Program-made: the position numbers and the translations under genes
Source: Bacteroidota bacterium
GTDB lineage: Bacteria > Bacteroidota > Bacteroidia > J057 > JADKCL01
Length of the DNA stretch: 32,052 nucleotides
Assembly (NCBI GenBank): GCA_039024435.1
Contig: JBCCQH010000095.1
Coordinates: forward strand, 1 to 32,052
Direction: 5' to 3'
Shown here: piece by piece, positions 27,120-32,052 of the stretch
Layout of the letters: the number at the start of each line of letters is the position of its first letter
How positions within the stretch are numbered: position 1 is the first letter of the stretch
The notes under the pieces: model-generated
Told to the model about the DNA's origin: nothing
Seen by the model: only the letters and a program-made list of their open reading frames with translations
The model's database searches: none

Positions 27120-27536
27120 GGGGTCAATGATATATTGGTCAAAAAACAGTAGTTAAAACGAAGTCTTGGTTGGAAATGACAATCGGGGACCAAAAGGTCC
27201 CCGACTGCTGCCTTTGAAAATGAAATGTTGGTGCTGGTAATTTAAAGAACGATGCTTGCCTAATGAATTGGAATACTATAATTTTTTATTTGCTGTCTAA
27301 GAACTTGGTTTTTAACGTTTGCTTCAGGTGAGCGTCTGCTGTTTTGTCTGCGGTTATCGTTTCGTTTACAATACCAAATACGCGCTTTTTTCGCCCCGGG
27401 ATTATCAATCCTGCACCAATAACTGATAAGATTGTCCCGGTTTTGCGGCATGGAACATTGACCTGTCATTCCACAATCCGCAACTATCAATGGCGTTGCG
27501 CAGACTGTGACAATTGTTCCAAAATGGGGGATGGGA

Positions 27537-27588
27537 GAATTTCCAATTGTCCGATTTCCAATTGGCGCGTTCCGGACGCGCACCCTAC
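27537..27588 (+). repeat. Copy C of the dispersed element (two ATTTCCAATTG units plus the GCGCGT-TCCGG-ACGCGC hairpin and ACCCTAC tail).
   Basis: gaatttccaattgtccgatttccaattggcgcgttccggacgcgcaccctac. Weaker partial copies occur at about 27808-27818 (ggaaattgaat), 31904-31917 (cattggaaattgag) and 24676-24690 (gaatttcaattgggg). Confidence 0.7.
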
Positions 27589-27627
27589 GATCATAAAAAA
27601 CAACCCATTTAGTCCCTTCAGCACGTG

Positions 27628-27663
27628 GATCGTAGCGGCCGACCATGATCGGCCGCTACGATC
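27628..27663. promoter_or_regulatory. Perfect 15-bp inverted repeat with a 6-nt spacer (GATCGTAGCGGCCGA-ccatga-TCGGCCGCTACGATC) in a 700-bp non-coding gap.
   Basis: Seen directly in the sequence. No flanking U-tract on either strand, so it is either a protein-binding palindrome or a structured RNA element rather than an intrinsic terminator. Confidence 0.5.
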
Positions 27664-27822
27664 TGATGAACCGACGGGTTGAACGCCGTGATCAAACAGC
27701 TCCATGATTGAATCCAAACGGAGATCAGTGCTTGAGATTTTCCAGTGATCCGCACCGCATCACCAACTACGGTGGAGCGGCGATTGAAAATTGCACATGG
27801 AAATTGAATATTCTCCGCCCTC

Positions 27823-29874
27823 CTAGGTGAGCGATTTTCGGACTTCGCGCGGGGTCAGGTTGAAATGCTCGGTAAAACACTTCGTAAAGTAAGACGGCGA
27901 ACTGAAGCCGACGTCGTAGGCGATCTCCGAAATATTGCCCGTATCCCGCCGCAGCATCTCCATCGCCGTTTCCAGGCGATACGTCCGAATCACGTACCCC
28001 GCCGAATTTCCGGTGAGCGCGGTCAACTTGCGGTGAACCTGGGTGCGGCTCATGCCCAACTCGGTGCAGAGCGCCTCCACCCCGAATTGCTCATCGCTGA
28101 GGTGTGCGTGGATGACTGACTTGACTTTGAGGAGAAATACTTCCTCCCGCGACTTGGCCTTGATTGGCTGGGGAGCGGTGAGAAATTGATTGCGGAAATA
28201 ATCCCGCAGACGTACGCGGCCCTGAATGAGGTTGCGCACCCGGACCCGAAGCTCCCGCCCTTCGAAGGGCTTGGTCAGGTAATCATCCGCTCCGAGTTCC
28301 AGGCCTTCCAATTTGTCTTCGATGGCAGCGCGCGCGGTGAGCATGATCACGGGGACGTGACTGGTGGCATCGTCTTGCTTGAGGATAGAACAAAACTCAA
28401 ATCCGTCCATTTCCGGCATCATCACGTCACAGACCACCAGGTCCGGAACCACTTCATTTGCGATGGTCAGCCCTTCCCGGCCATTTCCCGCGGTACGGAG
28501 GTTGTATTCCCCCGCCAATTCCGCTGCGACCAATTGCCGCATGTCCGGGTTGTCTTCCACGATCAAGACCGTAGGACGTGAGTCATCGATTGCGCGTTCG
28601 GCCTCTTGGGGAATCTCATCTTCGTCCGGAGCAATGTTCACTTCGCGGTCTTCGGGCAACTGAGGCTCCCACTCCCGCAATTCAAATACCTCAGTGGCAC
28701 CTTCTACGTGAGGCAAAGTGAAGAAAAACTCGGATCCCAGCCCTTCGATGCTGCGGACCGACATCTCGCCCGCGTGCAGTTCCACCAGCTCTTTGCTGAG
28801 CGACAGACCTATGCCCGTGCCCTTGCCCTGCCGGCCTTCTACGCGGAAAAACCGGTCAAATACGTGCGGCAGATCCGCCTGGGGAATGCCGACACCGGTA
28901 TCCTTGATCGAAACCGTAAATCGGTCCATCGCCTCGTCGACGGCCATGTCCACCAACACCCGTCCGCCTTCTGGGGTAAACTTGAGCGCATTTGAGAGGA
29001 GATTGTACAATATCTGCACGATGCGCTCGGGGTCCAGATCGGTAAAAAATTGCTCGGGCTGGCGTTGAATCCGCAACTCGATCTGCTTCCGGGCGGCGAG
29101 GTCGCGGAAGGAAGTGACCACTTCCCGCAGGAGGGCCGGCAAGTCCACCCGCTTTCGGTGCAACTTCATGCTGCCCGCTTCCACCCGTGATAGGTCCAGC
29201 AAGCGATTGATCAACTGCAACAACCGGCGGCTGTTGCTGTGGACGATTTTCAGGTTTTGTACGGTGTGGGCTTCCCGGGTCAATTCCAGAGTCCGCTCTA
29301 CCGGTCCCATAATCAGCGTCAGCGGGGTGCGCAATTCGTGGGTGATATTGGCGAAGAAATCCTCTTTGAGCTTTTCCGAAGCGCGTGCGAGTTCTTTTTC
29401 CCGAATCGCCGATTCCAAAGCCTGGGCCGCGGCCCGGCCTTCGTGCATTTTGTCCAGCTCATTGGCGGCTTTTTCCAGGGTCATCTTCAAGTCGTCGAAC
29501 TCGACGGGCTTGGTGATGAAGTCAAACGCCCCGCTGTTCATGGCGTGGCGGATGTTTTTCATATTGCCGAAAGCAGTCACCACGACCACCCGCAACAAAC
29601 GGTCCTGGAACTCCTCGGTTTCGAGTGTCCGCAAGAAAGTGATGCCATCCATCTCCGGCATATTTATATCGGTGAAGACAATCCCGATATCTGTGTGTTT
29701 GCGCAATAAGTCCAGCCCGTCCGCGCCGTTGTAGGCAAAGTACAGATCAATGTCCCCACTCCGAACCGCTTTCCGGAACCGCTGCCGAATGAGGGTCTCA
29801 AAATCTTGCTCATCGTCGATGAACAATACCTTGCGGGGGGGCATTTCTTCCACTGGTGCCTGAGCCTTATCCAT
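27823..29874 (-). CDS. Cytoplasmic hybrid two-component protein: REC, HisKA, HATPase_c, a second REC and an AraC-type HTH (683 aa).
   Basis: REC1 is VFTDINMPEMDG. The phospho-His box is ITHELRTPL. The ATPase has N/G boxes LSNALKFTPEGG and DTGVGIP...GTGIGLSL. REC2 is VVCDVMMPEMDG...LTARA...DDYLTKPF. The C-terminal AraC HTH is ...GNISEIAYDVGFSSPSYFTKCFTEHFNLTP. There is no TM or periplasmic sensor. Confidence 0.9.
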   Translation of the reverse strand: MDKAQAPVEEMPPRKVLFIDDEQDFETLIRQRFRKAVRSGDIDLYFAYNGADGLDLLRKHTDIGIVFTDINMPEMDGITFLRTLETEEFQDRLLRVVVVTAFGNMKNIRHAMNSGAFDFITKPVEFDDLKMTLEKAANELDKMHEGRAAAQALESAIREKELARASEKLKEDFFANITHELRTPLTLIMGPVERTLELTREAHTVQNLKIVHSNSRRLLQLINRLLDLSRVEAGSMKLHRKRVDLPALLREVVTSFRDLAARKQIELRIQRQPEQFFTDLDPERIVQILYNLLSNALKFTPEGGRVLVDMAVDEAMDRFTVSIKDTGVGIPQADLPHVFDRFFRVEGRQGKGTGIGLSLSKELVELHAGEMSVRSIEGLGSEFFFTLPHVEGATEVFELREWEPQLPEDREVNIAPDEDEIPQEAERAIDDSRPTVLIVEDNPDMRQLVAAELAGEYNLRTAGNGREGLTIANEVVPDLVVCDVMMPEMDGFEFCSILKQDDATSHVPVIMLTARAAIEDKLEGLELGADDYLTKPFEGRELRVRVRNLIQGRVRLRDYFRNQFLTAPQPIKAKSREEVFLLKVKSVIHAHLSDEQFGVEALCTELGMSRTQVHRKLTALTGNSAGYVIRTYRLETAMEMLRRDTGNISEIAYDVGFSSPSYFTKCFTEHFNLTPREVRKSLT

Positions 29875-30010
29875 GGTCGCTATCCAATCTGGGCCGGAGG
29901 GTGTTACCCGGAGGGGTTGGACCTTCCGTTTGCATTTCTTTTGTTCCGCAAAATTACACTATTTAAAGTAGAGAGGAAAGCCCGGAAGAACTCAGCCCTA
30001 ATTATCCGTC

Positions 30011-30550
30011 ATGTCTACTCCGCCCCCTTCAGAAAGGTCCTCGGGACCGCGCATCCTGATCATCGGCAGCCCGGGATCGGGCAAATCCACCCTCGCGACG
30101 CAACTGCATGCGGCGACCCAGCTCCCATTGATCCGGCTGGATCAGGAGTACTGGCAGCCCGGCTGGGTAGAACCGGACCGGGCGACCTGGCGCGCCCGGG
30201 TGGCCGAATTGGCGCAGCGGGAGCGCTGGATCATGGAGGGGAACTACGGCGGCACCTTTGATCTGCGGATACCGCGGGCCGATCTCGTGGTCTACCTCGA
30301 CTTGCCGACGAGGGTGACCCTCTTGCGGGTCATCCGGCGCGTATGGAAACACCGGGGCCATTCGCGACCGGACATGCCGGAGGGCTGCCCGGAACATTTC
30401 AGCCTAAAATTTTTGTTCTACGTGTTGCACTTTCGCGCTTCCCGGCGCGCGGGCATCTTGGCGCGGCTGGACAAACTGCGCCCGGACCAGGAAAGGGCCC
30501 ACCTCACCGGCAAAACGGCGGTGAAACAGTTCCTCCGCCAGTGGCAATGA
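30011..30550 (+). CDS. P-loop NTPase/kinase of the topology-modulation-protein (FlaR-like, adenylate-kinase fold) type (179 aa).
   Basis: RILIIGSPGSGKSTLA is the Walker A motif. DLVVYLDLP and the short overall length are consistent with the FlaR/AAA_33 family. Confidence 0.7.
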   Translation: MSTPPPSERSSGPRILIIGSPGSGKSTLATQLHAATQLPLIRLDQEYWQPGWVEPDRATWRARVAELAQRERWIMEGNYGGTFDLRIPRADLVVYLDLPTRVTLLRVIRRVWKHRGHSRPDMPEGCPEHFSLKFLFYVLHFRASRRAGILARLDKLRPDQERAHLTGKTAVKQFLRQWQ

Positions 30551-30640
30551 ACAAGTTTTCCCCCCCAGGCATTGCACGTCTCCCCTTATCTTGCGACATT
30601 GTGAGTCGATTATTGCAATACGGAATTATTTCTTAGTTCA

Positions 30641-31798
30641 ATGCCGAACAAAGCTTACTTCAAAGTAGACACGAAGTTAGCGGCTTTGCTGGGGGAGAGT
30701 TATCGCTCCACAGAGTACGCGCTCAAAGAACTCGTCGACAACGCCTGGGACGCCGATGCGGAAAATGTCTGGATTTATCTGCCCGATCCGCTGACCAATG
30801 ATCCCATCCTCGTGATCGACGACGGCCTGGGCATGACCGAAAAGGAAGTCAAGGAAGGCTACCTGAAAATCGCCAGCGACCGCCGCACCCGCAAAGGGGA
30901 ACGCACCGCGCGCTTCAACCGCCGGGTCAAAGGCCGCAAGGGAATCGGAAAGTTTGCCGGCCTGGTCTCCGCCAATCAAATGGAAATCGCCACCAAAGCC
31001 CGCGGCAAGAAAACCACGCTGCTCATCGCCAAGCATGCCCTCCTTTCCTCAAAAAAGGACTTGGAAAAAATCGACTTGCCGATTGCCATCGAGGCGTGCC
31101 CGGAGGATCAAAAGGGAACTGCCATAAAGTTGTCCGATCTCAACCAAAACCTCAGCTTCCCCGATCCCAATGTCCTGAAACAGTTGCTCTTCCTCGAGTA
31201 CGGCCGGCAAAGCAACTTCCGCATTTTTGTAAATGAAGAAGCCCTCGACGTAGAAGACCTCCCCGGTGAAACCTTCCAGGAAGAGGCCGAAGTGAGCCAC
31301 GTGGGCACCGTCCGCTTGAAATTTACCATTACCGAGCGCAAAGCGCCCAAGCAGAGCGGGGTGGCCGTCCGGGTAAACGGTAAAATTGTGGGCAAACCGC
31401 AGTTTTTCGGCCTGGACGAAAGCGAAGAAATCCCGTCGCGCATGCTGAACCGCGTCTACGGCGAAGTCGAAGCCGATGGATTGGAAGATGTCGTCACCGC
31501 CGATTGGGGAAACATCATCGAGAACAGCAAAGGCTGGCAAAAGCTGGAAGCATTTGTCCGCTTCAAACTCCTCAAGGCGCTCAAGGCCCGGCAAAAGCAA
31601 GAAATCAGCCTCACCCAGACCCGTTGGAAGCACGAAATCGCCCGCGAACTCGAAAAGCTTCCCCCGCACAAGCGTCCCTTTGCCGCGACCGCATTGGACA
31701 AAGTCCTCAAGAAATTTTACAACCAAAAGGACGAGAACATCCGCGCCGTCATCTCCGTCGTCTTCGATCTCCTCAAAGAGGTCAATGTACGGGTTTAG
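30641..31798 (+). CDS. GHKL/Bergerat-fold ATPase of the HATPase_c_3 (MORC-like) type (385 aa).
   Basis: ALKELVDNAWDA (N-box, ExxxNxxDA), VIDDGLGMTEKEV (DxGxG) and GRKGIGKFAG (G2 box). The C-terminal ~200 aa is helical and otherwise unassigned. Confidence 0.75.
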   Translation: MPNKAYFKVDTKLAALLGESYRSTEYALKELVDNAWDADAENVWIYLPDPLTNDPILVIDDGLGMTEKEVKEGYLKIASDRRTRKGERTARFNRRVKGRKGIGKFAGLVSANQMEIATKARGKKTTLLIAKHALLSSKKDLEKIDLPIAIEACPEDQKGTAIKLSDLNQNLSFPDPNVLKQLLFLEYGRQSNFRIFVNEEALDVEDLPGETFQEEAEVSHVGTVRLKFTITERKAPKQSGVAVRVNGKIVGKPQFFGLDESEEIPSRMLNRVYGEVEADGLEDVVTADWGNIIENSKGWQKLEAFVRFKLLKALKARQKQEISLTQTRWKHEIARELEKLPPHKRPFAATALDKVLKKFYNQKDENIRAVISVVFDLLKEVNVRV

Positions 31799-32052
31799 AA
31801 TATTTTTAACGGACGCTTCGCTCAAATCCCAATGGGGCGCTTCGCTTGATTTTCAATTGTGCCGCCTTCCCGCAAGTGGAAGTTCATTGGAAATTGAGAA
31901 TTAAAATTTCTTTAGAGGCTGTTTAAAATTGATTTGTGAAATTTGTTATCGCAGATTTTTTTGTCAATCGAAGCTCATTTTGGAGTGCGCAGCCCAAGCT
32001 GCGGACGAGAAAATAGCTGAAGAGTGGCAGAAAAAGGTGCCATAACAAAATC

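Noticed and set aside
27260-27682. ORFs of 128 aa (minus) and 112 aa (plus) in the large gap
   Set aside because: Their composition is Arg/Asn-rich or Cys/Pro-scattered, they overlap each other and the repeat element, and they have no start context or motifs. They are most likely non-coding.
1-32052. CRISPR arrays, rRNA or tRNA genes, transposases, integrases and phage structural genes
   Set aside because: None were seen. There are no regularly spaced identical repeats of 25-40 nt, no rRNA-like conserved stretches, and no DDE, tyrosine-recombinase or capsid motifs in any plausible ORF.

Overview
This 32-kb window is GC-rich (~60%) chromosomal DNA that looks Bacteroidota-like: two proteins end in classic type IX secretion (T9SS) C-terminal sorting domains, there is a cytoplasmic REC-HisKA-HATPase-REC-AraC hybrid two-component protein, no Shine-Dalgarno dependence is evident, and start sites sit in AT-rich tracts. 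Nearly all real genes lie on the minus strand, so the ORF track fills the plus strand, and the off-frames, with long Arg/Val/Leu-rich antisense artefacts. Three blocks stand out. (1) At 1..14130 there is a ~20-kb minus-strand operon: a 527-aa secreted protein, then a 2204-aa protein with a toxin-complex TcB/SpvB-type N-terminus, then 10 bp later a giant RHS/YD-repeat protein that is absent from the ORF track because it runs off the left edge (at least 1970 aa in the window). This is a Tc-toxin-like/teneurin-like cocoon module with Sec signal peptides and no TcA-like partner in the window. (2) At 15339..24560 there is a minus-strand cluster encoding an NfeD-like membrane protein, a 751-aa flotillin/SPFH protein with EA-repeat coiled coil, and a 1636-aa protein carrying a MoxR/AAA_5-class AAA+ domain near its C-terminus behind about 1250 aa I cannot assign to a family. 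These are followed by a zinc-ribbon membrane protein and a translationally coupled small membrane protein. I regard this as the best candidate for an undescribed system, namely a membrane-microdomain-associated giant ATPase machine. (3) A short dispersed intergenic element, ATTTCCAATTG direct repeats followed by a GCGCGT-CCGGA-ACGCGC hairpin, recurs in at least three full and several partial copies in the large non-coding gaps. The remaining genes are a DUF4440/SnoaL-like periplasmic protein, a lipoprotein, a T9SS-CTD secreted protein, a P-loop kinase of the FlaR/topology-modulation type and a GHKL (Bergerat-fold) ATPase. I found no rRNA, tRNA, CRISPR array or transposase.
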